Assembly: GCF_023055435.1 (NCBI RefSeq)
Contig: NW_025963779.1
Span: forward strand, 30,938,001 to 31,002,000
DNA from: Haliotis rufescens
Taxonomy: Eukaryota
Reading direction: 5' to 3'
Length of the DNA stretch: 64,000 nt
Positions 25,533 to 37,745 of the stretch are shown here, piece by piece. The translations under genes were made by a program, and so were the position numbers. How positions within the stretch are numbered: position 1 is the stretch's first letter; each line of letters begins with the position of its first letter. The notes under the pieces are model-generated. The model was not told where the DNA came from and did not search any database. It saw only the letters and a program-made list of their open reading frames with translations.

Positions 25533-28500
25533 ATGTCATCGAACATGCACCACAGTACGGCATGGTGCATGTGCGTCCTCCTGATGCTAGTGACGTCAGT
25601 GATTCACGTGTCACTGCCATGCAGAGTAGACGGAGATATCTGCCAGAGGTAGGCCATGTTCAGCTGCAATACATATATGAATTCATAATACGTTGATCAG
25701 TGTGTGTGTTATGAAAGCAGTGTATGTGCGTTCGAACATAGGAGAGATGGTGCGCTTGAGATGGCATGCGCTTACTATCGTCCCCTCATCTTCTGTAAGA
25801 GATAACACCCGACACGAGTTCATGGTTCTACCATCAGAGCATGGGTTATGATTATACGGGATGCTGCTTGGGGTGTTTAAAAGGTCGATCTGCGGGTGTT
25901 TCAAGGGTCGATCTGCGGGTGTTTCAAGGGTCGATCTGTGGGTGTTTCAAGGGTCGATCTGTGGGTGTTTCAAGGGTCGATCTGCGGGTGTTTCAAGGGT
26001 CGATCTGCGGGTGTTTCAAGGGTCGATCTGTAGGTGATAACGATACAATTACCACGTGGTGCGTAAATAAATTAAAGTGCCAATCCCCTGTTCCCCAGAA
26101 TCCCGAATACCAGCTAATATTTCACTCTTTCATTGCTCACCACAGAAGCCCCAATACTAACATTGAGAAAAGGGTGGGATTTGAAGTTAAATTACTGAAA
26201 CAGATATCGAATACTTACACCGTATTATTTAAATGTTGAATCTGCGTACCAAATACCATTATATTTGCGTCCCGCGTACAACACTGGCGAGTCCCAAATA
26301 CCATCTAAATAGACCCCCGAATCCCGCCTACCAAAAGGAGGTTGGCAGCCTCAGAAATGTCTTTGACATTTATGCATAATTGTCCTGCGAAAGCAGCACA
26401 CTGTACTCAGTGAATTTTAATGTTTCTACTGCCTGAAAAAAAGTACATGTCAAGCTAATGAATTGAAAACTGAATTTTTGTTGACTTGATCTGTTATAGA
26501 GATGGAATTTGAAATTGGGAGCGATAATTAATATAACAATGTTTAAAGGCATCCTTTAGTTTTGAGTGGAGTCCCCACATCTGACTCCTTGCATATATCT
26601 TCTAATCAGTGCACATACAATCTGCATGATGAATGCTGCAACAGTTATTTAAGCAGCTTGTCGAACATTATAGTAATCAAGCTAACCTTACTAAATGTCA
26701 GTCAGTATCAGCGGAGTGGGTGAATAGAGTTTAACGCCGCTTTGAGCAATATTCCCATGTTCCAGCAACAATACGGCAGGAATGGGCCCCAACACATTTA
26801 CCCATGTGGGGATCGAACTTGGGGCGTCAGCGTAACCAACACACGTTCTTATTAACCAGGATACTCAACTGCCCCAAGTTCAATGGAAATGAAAAAAAAA
26901 ATCAATTGTGTTAAAGTATGTGTTCAGCACAGAATAATATCAATTAACAACATCTAGAATTTATTATCCATTGCACGAGTTTCGCCGCCTTTTCTGTCGC
27001 AACATAATGTCAGGAGAACTTCCGCGTGTCGATTCCCTCTGATGGTGACAGTGGTCTTCCATACCCTAAGTCGTTATAATGTCAGGAGAACTTCCGCGTG
27101 TCGAGACCCTCTGATGGTGACAGTGGTCTTCCATACCCTAAGTCGTTATATACTGTATAAGACGGCTTACAGACCAGTCAACCATAAACAATATGGTATG
27201 TGGGAAAGTATTATATCATACTTCCAGTATAAAGCGTTTTCTTTATTAACACGAGTCTGATAGATATATCTACGACCCAGAAAAGAGTTACAAGGGTCGA
27301 AGGACAAGGTACTTAAAATGATGTCAGGCAAATATCATGTATATGCATTTGTCCCATGCATCAAACTACAGCTAAACAGGCCTCTACTGGCTGATGCATC
27401 AACCACCCTACCGCGAGGCCTTCATACTTGCATTATTATGCAAACCGGGTACCATTAAAAATAGGCTTCCAAGTTCCGGAACAGGTTGCTCTAGTTGCCA
27501 GGTCTATGATGAAGATTATTCGTCTCATCCTACTGACGATGTGTGAAGCCCATTTGTGGTGTCCCCCGCCATGATATTGCTGGAATAGTGCTAAAAGCGG
27601 CGTAAAACCATACTCACTCACTCACTCATCCTACTGACCATACGTTTTAACAACTTTAAGTTTCACGGATCGTATTTTTATTATCATTTCGACAACCGAA
27701 CGAAGGCTTTGAAAATAAGTAGTCACTGTCAGTAGACCATCTTATCAAAAGAGAGGCATAAAGAGGTTGGTTTGTTGTTTAACGCCGCACTCAGCAATAT
27801 CCCAGCTTTGTAGATAATCGAGTCTGGACCAGACAATCCAGTGATTAATATCATGAGCATCGGTCCACGCAATTGGGATCGATGACATGCATCAACCAAG
27901 TCAGCGAGCCTGACCACCCGATCCCGTTAGTCGCCTCTTGCGACAAGCATAGTCGCCTTTTACGGCAAGCATGGGTTGCTGAAGACCTGTTCTACCCCGG
28001 ATCTTCACGGGTCGCATAAAGAGGAGTATAATACTGTAATATTTTATATATAAAGCTTTTTCTTACAGAAACTCCCTATTGAAGATCTCATTTCCTTCGA
28101 GTTCAACCGTGCGATGTAACGAATTACTGGTTCGTCACCAGACAGAGGCCATGCCAACTGTTGAGTTTGCAGAGGCAGAAAGGGTAAGTTGACGGGTAGA
28201 ATAACCGAGGGTGTTGTCACATTTGGTAATTATGTCCTGAACCGCTGATGTAAGTGGATTTGTTTGCGGCATATGAAGTTGTAATTTTTCAAATAATATA
28301 TGTACACTGAATTTGATTGACACTTAATGATACATGTTGACAACATATAATGTAACACTTCAACCACGGTATGGGGTCACGGGTGGCCCAGTCGTCTTAG
28401 GTGCCGCGATTCGTTGTGCAGAGTTGCGTCCCTTGGGCACGCCAGAAACCTATGATTTATGGGTTTGAATCCCGGTTCGCCCCGGTTATGTTTCGAGGTT

Positions 28501-29024
28501 TGTCAGCACCATATCCGTGCTGGTAGGTTTCGCCGAAGTGGTAAACGTCTGAGACCTGCTTTCCTTCCACATTAAGCTGACACGCCGCGATATAACTGGA
28601 ATACTGTTAAAAGCGGCGTTAAACCCAACTCACTCACTCACTCAACCACGGTACAGGTTAATGCTTGATCAAGATCTTAAAATCCACATTTAGATTGGAT
28701 CAATATCAATGAAAACATGATGAAATGTTGCATTTCGAATTTGTTGCAATTACTTGCGTGTAAAATTTTAAGAAAGCTCATGGAAAGCATATTAAACAGC
28801 AGTGCACACTAAATCGCAAGAGCTTCTTCGCCTAGCTTTAAAAGAGAGAGCCGAAATCCCCCGCCCCCGAATATCAACTGGTCTGTCCCTAAGTATATAT
28901 TCATCTTACAGGGACAGAACTACCTATTTGTAATGCTGGATCCGGATGTGCCTTCTGGCTGCTCATATCTCCACGCCATTGCGATTGTCGACTTCCAGGT
29001 ACATTTAGGGGGCACTATATATAT

Positions 29025-29102
<78 letters not shown>

Positions 29103-30564
29103 TCGACCCTCGCCCTAAAAAGGACTCAGTCACACCTTCAGGATTTTTACAGTCGTCCTTGATACACCGTTCACGGGTAAAATTAATCAAAAGGGATTCG
29201 TGGCGGGTAATTCACAAACAATCAGATATTGTTCAGGAATCGTCCCGATTGAGCTGTTTCCAGGCGAATTCGTCCCGATTCACCCGTTCTCAATCCGAAT
29301 CTGATCCGATTTCTATCTTCCGCATGGTAAAAAAACGACCGAATCTGTCCCGACAGCTTCCCGATTCTCCCGAATGCAACGGCAAGATCTGGACGTAATC
29401 TGGACTCAATCGACAAGAAACGGTAATGAACCAATTCATGCCCGTTCATCACGACAGCGTCCCGACACCGTCCAGACAACACAGGACATTGTTACGATTT
29501 TGATCCGATACAGCAGAATCTGCCACGACATAGTCACGGTTGTAATCCGACTAGACAAAATCGGCTGAGTTTCCCGAATGTTACGGGACGCACCATACTG
29601 TCGGGAGTGCTTAGCCGAACTCTCTGGACCTCTCCCGATCCGCAGGACTCTGTAACGAACGTATACGACTACGTTCAGACAATGATAGGACATTCCAGAC
29701 CATTCCGCAGATAGTAATCCCACTTTTTCAAATTTCGTGTCGTAGCGTTGTCTGATCTCAAACGGGAGCCATAATCTGCACTGTGTGAACCTGGCCTTAA
29801 CGCCGCACTCAGAATATTCCAGCTATATGACGGCGGTTAGAAAATATCCACATCTGTACATATGGGTAATATAGATCTGCGCATCTGCGATACGATGACA
29901 CATGCATCAACCAAGTCAGCGAGCCTGCAGCTGACCACCCGATGCCGTTAGTCGCCTTTTACGTCAAGCATAGTCGCCTCTCACCACGTGCATGGTTTGC
30001 TGATCATGAAGATTAATTCTAACCCAGATATTCGCGGGATTTAGGTGTCAATAATTATGTCTGGAACGTATACACATTATAAACACGCAGCCACTAAACT
30101 TCAAGTTAAGTTATATAAATGATGAGCTTTTCAGGATTTATATCCGCGTTTAAAAGTGGCATCATGGAAAACGTTCTCTTCGAAATAAACACCATTTAAG
30201 ATTTGAAATACTACAGTTTATTAGTATGAAAAATAGTGCGTAAACAATTTTCCCATGGCAATATATGTCTTGTTAAATGTTCAATTAATAGTCCTGCATG
30301 GTAACATGGAATGCATTATATCCGGGTAATATTATGGAATTCTTGCAGAATGGTCAACTGGCGTTCCAGAAACGCCTGGTGGATTATATACAGCCATCGC
30401 CACCAAGCGGCACACACCGATACCAGATGTACTTGTACACGTGGCCGAGTGTTGACGACAGCGTCGTGTACGAGCGCCTACCCTTCGACGTTGCTAAATT
30501 AGAGGAAGACAACAACCTCAACGAACCGGTAGCCCTGTTCCAGTTTCGTGTTTCCAGTAACTGA
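25533..30564 (+). CDS. PEBP-B: secreted acidic PEBP-family protein (~177 aa). Exons 25533-25648, 28069-28183, 28912-28998, 30349-30564
   Basis: Signal peptide (..AWCMCVLLMLVTSVIHVSLP) followed by CRVDGDICQR / NSLLKISFPSSSTVRCNELLVRHQTEAMPTVEFAEAER / GQNYLFVMLDPDVPSGCSYLHAIAIVDFQ / NGQLAFQKRLVDYIQPSPPSGTHRYQMYLYTW...NLNEPVALFQFRVSSN*. Canonical splice sites; AATAAA at ~30606. The start could be ATG 25533 or a nearby downstream ATG. Confidence 0.87.
25870..26030. repeat. 23-bp minisatellite (~7 units)
   Basis: GGGTGTTTCAAGGGTCGATCTG(C/T). Confidence 0.9.
27005..27149. repeat. 72-bp tandem duplication
   Basis: ATAATGTCAGGAGAACTTCCGCGTGTCGA...CCCTAAGTCGTT occurs twice. Confidence 0.85.
27767..28013 (-). 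mobile_element. SINE family 2, full length
   Basis: TSD GCATAAAGAGG; 5' end GACCCGTG on the minus strand. Confidence 0.88.
28374..28643 (+). mobile_element. SINE family 3
   Basis: TSD CAACCACGGTA. Confidence 0.85.
29029..29098. repeat. (GA)n microsatellite
   Basis: Seen directly in the sequence. Confidence 0.95.
29121..29797. mobile_element. Non-autonomous DNA transposon (PIF/Harbinger-like TIR) in PEBP-B intron 3
   Basis: GGACTCAGTCACACC..GATT at the left end and AATCTGCACTGTGTGAACCTGGCC at the right end form imperfect TIRs; GC-richer interior. Confidence 0.5.
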
Positions 30565-32125
30565 AACAATTCGAGACAATTCCCTTTTCAATTTTTCATC
30601 ATTTGAATAAATTATTCAGATCCTGTTGAATTATCATAATGTTTTTTTGTTTGTTGTTTAACGCCACACTCAGCAATATTCCAGCTATATGACGGCAATC
30701 TGTAAATAATCAAGTCTGGACCAGGCAATCCAGTGTTTGATATCATGAGCATCGATCCACGCAATTGGGATATATATGATGATATGCATCGAGCCTCACC
30801 ACCCGATCCCGTTATAGTCGCATCTTACGGATTGCTGAAGATCTACTCTAACCCGGATCTTCACGGGAGGAAAATTCTATCATAATAAAATGAGTGAGTG
30901 TTTGAATAAGCCAGTTGTGCTTTACGCGGTTTTTAACAGTATCACGGTTATATCGAGGTGTGTTGGAGGAAATCCAAACATCACGCAAGTTGTTGACCTT
31001 TGTTTTTGTTGTTTGGTATGTTAAAGTCACCGTCAGCAAAGTTCCAAGCATAATTATCCAGGCGGGGTGTTAAAATAAATTATTCAGATCGTGTTGACTT
31101 ATCATAATGACATTGTTTGTTTATTTGTTGTTTAACCCCGCACTCAGCAATATTCCATCTATATGGCGGCAGTCTGTAGATAATCGAGTACGGACCAGAC
31201 AATCCAGTGATTGACATCTTGAGCATCGATCCAGGCAGTTGAGATACGATGACATGCATCAACCAAGTCAGCGAGCCTGACCACCCGGACAGTGCATGTT
31301 AATATCGTGTAAACGCCAGAGTTCATAGTCCAGTAAACCAACGCAATATGAAATTCATTTCTTATAAATTGGTATTTTGAAGTTTAAAAGGATCCAAATT
31401 TTACATACAATTTGCGTTCAGGCGCTTTATGTTGCCGTTTACATTGTAATGCAGTGACCCAATGGATGGCACACTCAGGCGCAATGGTGACTTTGCAAAA
31501 CACCACTGCTACTTTGCGGACTTTTCTGTTTTGAAAACAAACGCGCTTATTCATACATCAGAACAGATTGGCCTAATGCAAGCCTTTTGGGGCGCTTTAC
31601 ATATTCTTTTGCATGATTATATAGATATGCTACTACAGCTCCGACAGTGAGGTGCAATGAGATTTTATACATCAAAGTGACCGTATCGCTAGCTCTCCGT
31701 GGAAGTCAAGGACGTCTGTTGAAAATAAAAAATAACAATGTCTTGCTTTCATCAAAAAACTTCCACGGGATCCAAACACTGTACCCATCCTACCACACAT
31801 AGGTCTTCGATGACAGCACGTGGAGCTGTACAACCAATGTAAACAAAGGTTAACTACGCAAATGGAAATATGTTTCACGTTTTAGGATATTTACTCAATA
31901 TGTGTCGAAAACAAAACACACGAATAACATGAAGTATCTCGAATGGACTGTGTAAGATGTGACGAAGGGGCTGGGACTATGATGGCCGCGTGGAACTCTG
32001 AGTAGCAGAGTGAATGAGTAGAATCAGTAGACGAGTATGTCCCATTTTCAATCAAACAGGCAGATTGAGATTCTTGGTCATTGCCAAGTCATCTATCTAA
32101 TCATCTCTTTCTACCTTGAAAAATG

Positions 32126-32421
32126 AGACCGCCGGAGAGCGGAAGGTCCGAGGTTCGATCCCCAAAAGATGGTACTTGTTGTACCCTGTCTGGCGCTCGG
32201 TGTAAAGGGGCTAAAACAAGGACTGGTCGGCTCGGAGTCAGTATACCGTGTCTGAGAGGGGTATTCATGTTAAACTGCGGCATGGTATCTCAGTGAGCTA
32301 GGACTATAAATCGGCATCAGTCCGGACAAGTACAAGCAGCCACACACACACGTGCATGCAGGTCGCTATAATCTTGGACGCGACGATAAACCCAATTTCA
32401 ATTTCACCTCACCTCACCTCA
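32126..32421 (+). mobile_element. tRNA-derived SINE family 4; fragments at ~42165, ~47790, ~61508(-)
   Basis: B box GGTTCGATCCC, conserved body ATGGTACTTGTTGTACCCTG..GGACTGGTCGGCTC..CAGTGAGCTAG, (TCACC)n tail, TSD CCTTGAAAAATGA. Confidence 0.7.
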
Positions 32422-32609
32422 CCTTGAAAAATGATACTGTTCTGAATGAAAACATTCGTGATGATCATCCCATACCTGATGAGCTCCCCAACTAGATATT
32501 AAGATACGGGACAGTACATTTGAGAAAAAAATCTCATTGCAGTTTATTCAAAAGAGAACTTTGAATGTCATGGATCCCGTGTCCCATTTATGGGGAAATC
32601 TTGACATAG

Positions 32610-32990
32610 TCAGATGCAGGGATGCCATATTGAGCTTTTGCAGGATAGCACATTACTACAGCAACTGGGCAAAGATTACTCTAGACCATTGAAATCTTCA
32701 CGCCGTTCAGGGCTTTCAAATAGGATTCCTACCCAGAGTCAACCATCTCCACCGTTGACTCTTTCTCGGGTGAACCAGGCTGTACTGGACAAGGATATTG
32801 GGAACATGATGATAAAAGGTACGATGGAAGAGGTTCTTCCAGGTGTGAATCTGGAGGATTCTCAATCTCAGTTTTTGATGCTGGTCGGAGACCACTACTC
32901 AATGCGAAAAAAATATGATTGTATTCATTTCATACAATAATTTCAAGATAGAAAGCCTTTCACTACTGAAGGATGTAGTTTTGTTTGTGA
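32610..32990 (+). mobile_element. Degenerate DIRS-like retrotransposon RT N-terminal fragment
   Basis: QGCHIELL...LDKDIGNMMIKGTMEEV...SQFLMLV...FI..NNFKIESLSLLKD resembles the DIRS RT pattern GY.IEF..LL.KGAIEEV..FYS.LFLV..HFKMETL; frameshifted. Confidence 0.5.
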
Positions 32991-33819
32991 CGCAGTCTAG
33001 TGACCTCTGTCGTTGGACAGCTTATGTTCAGGGCCTTATTTGGATAGATAGTATGGATATAGTAGTTAGATGGTATTCGTGTTTTCCCCATGGTTAGAAA
33101 CACATCAGATCTCGCTATTTGGGTGGTCACGTTCGAAACTCATAGACAAGCAAAGTCGCCTTTTACGGCAAGTATAGGTTGCTGAAGACCTATTCTACCC
33201 AGGATCTTCACGGGTCTCTTATTAAGAAAAGCCCAACTTTATTTCGCTAAATATTCCGTCGCATTTAAGAGTCCCCGAAATAAGGGAGATCACTCTGGTT
33301 TCACTGTATCTACAGTGCGCCATATTACCTGACGGGTAGGTTTGTACATGTATCATTGTTCGTATTGCAATAATTGTCCGTCCGCCGCCGGTTCGTGTTT
33401 AATACATTCATTGTATGGGATATAAAGTTACACGTACAGAAACATGTACAGTGAAATGTTATGACCAGTCGTCAAGTATCTACGTTTTCGAGGAGCCATA
33501 TTGATCGTGATTTGTCGCGTTATAGAGAGGGGTGGGATATGTCGTGCACACATCCGAGGCTCGGAGCTGTCAACAATGGGTTCGTGTGAAGTATCAAAAC
33601 ATCCGTCGTCATTCAGAATTGTTCAGGTTTGGTGCCCGTGTCATGGTGAAAAGGAATAATGAAATAATGTGAACCACAAGAGCATGTAACTATTTATAAT
33701 AATAAACAAACTCGCAAAAACCTCGTAGATATGGCCTCGTACGTGCAAGGATGCCAACTCCCACCCCACCCCTCTTTCGTTGAAGCATAGTGCTTGTGTG
33801 AAATACTGGTGATTGTTTA

Positions 33820-36800
33820 CCCCCTGGATGCCAGAGGGACATATATATGTACCTCCTCTTCAACCCTCACTTTGAAGTCTAATAACATTCAAAATACATC
33901 ACGTACACAGATACACTTCACATTTTTTAAAGATGTTGGAAATTTCCTTTTTTGTGATATCGTCGACTGGCATTTTAGGCTAAGCAATATCTGAAAATGA
34001 CCTCTGAACATTAGGTACATCGTAAATGTCGCCATTTTTTACACATTACTGAATCACCAATCACGGCGTTATTTACAGCATGTTTTGAAATCTAAATTTC
34101 GGATATTTACTCGGAGAAATGATTTTCAAAAATAGCATATTAGTGATCACGGGTATCTGTCTTTTATGAAATCACCAATGATCATTCCAAAACGTAGCCG
34201 ATAACCCTAGAATCGTTTAGAATGTTTTGGAAAATACGCAAACAGGAACGCCGAAGTGAACTTTCCGCTATATTGGATAGTGTTTACAAAATCACGTTTC
34301 CGCACACCGGTTATGAAACGCCTGTAACATCACGTAGATATCTATCTATATATCAAACTCAGCTGCGATACATACATCCGTGAATTCCTCATACGTTTTA
34401 GAATCAAATGACAAATGGTCTTTGTCACCAATACAAAGTGTTTAGATGAAATCAAGCAAAATTTATGAGGTTTGAAAACGAACGCTGTTCTCGGAAACTG
34501 CACTTGTTTGAAATGTAAACGATGCAAAATTCAGATTTTACACAGTGTAGCATTTTTTCCTATTTTGAGCTAGATCTATCCATTTGTCTATTTGTTGCAT
34601 ACATTGGCTCAACATTTTCAGAATATGCATAGGCAGAGAATCGTAGGAAGAACTAAGGCATTAAAAAATAGAAACATTGCAATGACTTGACAAATTGAAC
34701 AGAAATAGACAAAGTTTTCGTACTGCGTGACGCCATGACTGACGCAAAATCACGCACAACGACAACGGTATTTATCGGAATTTCTGACTATTTCTCTTGG
34801 TTTCCGTGAACAATATAACAACAAATAACAGTACACACATTGTCGGAATGTTTTTGATTACTTACATGTCACATTTATGTAAATAAGATCCCTCAATCAA
34901 CGAAAGTCCCCTCGCAAATTCCCGCGAACTGTTGTCAGTGAACACGCCATTTTGTAAAAGTCGGTAGTGATGTCATGCGTCAACATTGTTGTACATATTT
35001 GTACCTTTGAGGTAAAGGTCCTTGAATGAAAGTACACACGATCATTGTATCCTGCTGTGGACAGTTTCAATCATGATGTTGATTTTGCATAAAATTTTTA
35101 TCCACTTTTTCACACCATTAACTTCACTATGGATATTTATCAGTGCTCAATGTGATATCATACGTAGATTTTGACCACAAAATGTATGAACCTCTGAGAT
35201 AATCACCTGTTTGTTTGAACATTGTTAACATAAGAAATTGATAAGTTGATAGTGTCGTATACGATATTGTTTCCTTTAGACGAGTGTTAGAAGTTGAAAT
35301 GTAAATGTAACTGCAGCATGTACCTATTCTTTTGGAGTGTAATAGTCAATACGGTATTGTAATTTCATAAAAAGAACAAAACAGGTTCATGAACGGCCGT
35401 TTCATTTTATTTTATAACTACAACTGAATATATTACTTTAACAAAATGGATAATATATTTTGTTAAAATATGTCCACAATGTTAGAAGAATTGTCTTGGT
35501 CTTGGAATTGTTTTTTATTGCGTTATTCATATAGAGAAAGGTGATACCTATAACGACACGTACGCCAGGTGCGCGTTATAGTCACAAACAAATTTCGAAT
35601 AATTCCTCTCGTTTGGTATTATATAATCAGTGGGTGAACCTTTTATTCAAATATTGTGATCCCAGGATTTTGAACTGTTTACTTCATTTTTCCAAGAATT
35701 TTGAAAATTTAAAAAAATATAAACCGTGTCATTACCCCGTTGGTCGAGCCACATACGATGCTCCTGATAAAACTATACCAAAGGAACAGTCTTCGCATCT
35801 TTTATTGTGTGATTCTCAGACGAGATGAAGAGAATAAATTACATAATCATGAACAAATACATTTCCAACATTGAATATAATTTTGGTTGTTTTTAAATAT
35901 TCTGTTTGGTATTTGATTGCGTAAAATTGATACAAAACAGGTGCGTGTCTTGTCCAATTAAGGTACACGGTAAACTGTCTAATTGTTTATATATTCAAGA
36001 ATTATTTTACATTGTATAGCAGTCATTTTATGGTGTCCAAAAAGCGTCAAATTCCGTTTTATACATTGAGATTTTCCATACCATGAACGAAAAGTAGGGG
36101 AGATTATTAATCAAAATACCATTGTCATCCTTCTCCGACGTGGTCAATGCCATAATGTCAAATAGAATGGTGCAACATTAGTCAAATTACACTTGCACAA
36201 TCAGGAGAATGTTGGAATTAGGGTTAGAGTTGAGGTTTAGATAGGGCCATCCGTTTTGCTTTTACTTCCTCTTTTATGAAGAACGATTTCATCATTTCTG
36301 ATGGGTTTGTTTATACCTAAACGTATGTAGTTTCAATATAGATATTTGTATTGGAATAGTTTGCTTCCTCGTGAACAAATCACCACGAAAGTATATTGTC
36401 CTTATCCACGGCTAATTCTTACCAAGTGACCTGAGTTACAATAAACTAGTGCTAAGTATAGCGGAGTTATGCCCCCTTGTCTTTGTACGTGTGTAACCTC
36501 TCTGACATTGAATGTATTACGTTATACATAAGCATATGAATCCTTTGGATATATATTTATGGCATTCAGATATAAGGCAGTATTTTTTCGCTCAGTTTCT
36601 GTAAAACAGCTAATTTAAAAAAAAATCGTCGCACAGTATTTCAGTGTACAATAAAAAGCGGCGAACTGAATAAATTCTCGGACAACACTTAGCAATGTCT
36701 TTTTTTCGAACCGATTTAAAATTTGAAGTTAAATTTCCACCATCAGATAGGAAATTTAATATTTTACATCTCTGCGTAATGTTATAACCGGCGGTAGATC

Positions 36801-36867
36801 CAGTGCCGCGTGAGTGCAATTCTCGCACAACCCTAACTTTTCAGTTAAAAACTCGGCATCCAGAGAG
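33820..36867. mobile_element. ~3-kb non-coding piggyBac-like element
   Basis: TTTA-CCCCCTGGATGCC ... GGCATCCAGAGAG-TTAA: 13-bp TIR with TTAA-type target; no long ORF and no SINE insertions inside. Confidence 0.55.
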
Positions 36868-37326
36868 TTAAGGAATGTACGTATCGTCGGATCATGGGTT
36901 TTCGGACGTCATTATTACTCGCGCTATAACGGGGGATGTAGCATCACACAGATTTTGTAAATACTCAGACGATGGCTTGTTTTTTTAAGAGAAAATTGTC
37001 TTTTATAAGTGGTTGAGATGTTTAACAGTTGTTAACGTGATTAAAGAGCAAACTACGAATGTTTCTTAAGCGTCCGAAAGCCCATAACACGGGGATACTC
37101 TATATCAGTAAATAAAAGTTATCTTGAAGCTAATAGACAATCATATATTATACAAATTGGTGAAAGCGACAGCTGACTAGAAAAATTACAGTAACTATAT
37201 ATAAATCATATTTATGAATAGTACGTTCACGTACAGTGGCATTTACCACTGCGTCTTTGTCTGGTACTGATGACATTTTCGTCAACAGATCATGTCCACG
37301 TGAGGTCATTGGCCCGGACTTCTGAG

Positions 37327-37701
37327 ATGTACGCAACAGGACTTCTTGTCGTCTGCTTCCTGCAGCTAGTTGGCGGGTCGGACGCCCATCGTAAAGTTGA
37401 CAATACCCTCTGCACCAAACGATCCCCTCCCAAGTTGGGCATTTACTACTCCGGGCACAAGCTTGCTTGTAACGCTCGTCTACATATCGGAGACGTTTCC
37501 AAGGTGCCACGTATAAAGTTCAAGCAGGGAAGGAAAGTGAGTATTTATCTAATGAACTACCATACAAAAATATGCCATGGACACGTGTGGGTGAATGAAT
37601 TTTGTTTTTTAACGCTGTAGTGGTTGTATTTCAATATTGCTCCCGTTTCGTTTTGATCGATTTCACTTGGCAACCATTATTTCTGTGAGAATGTTTCTTA
37701 T

Positions 37702-37745
<44 letters not shown>

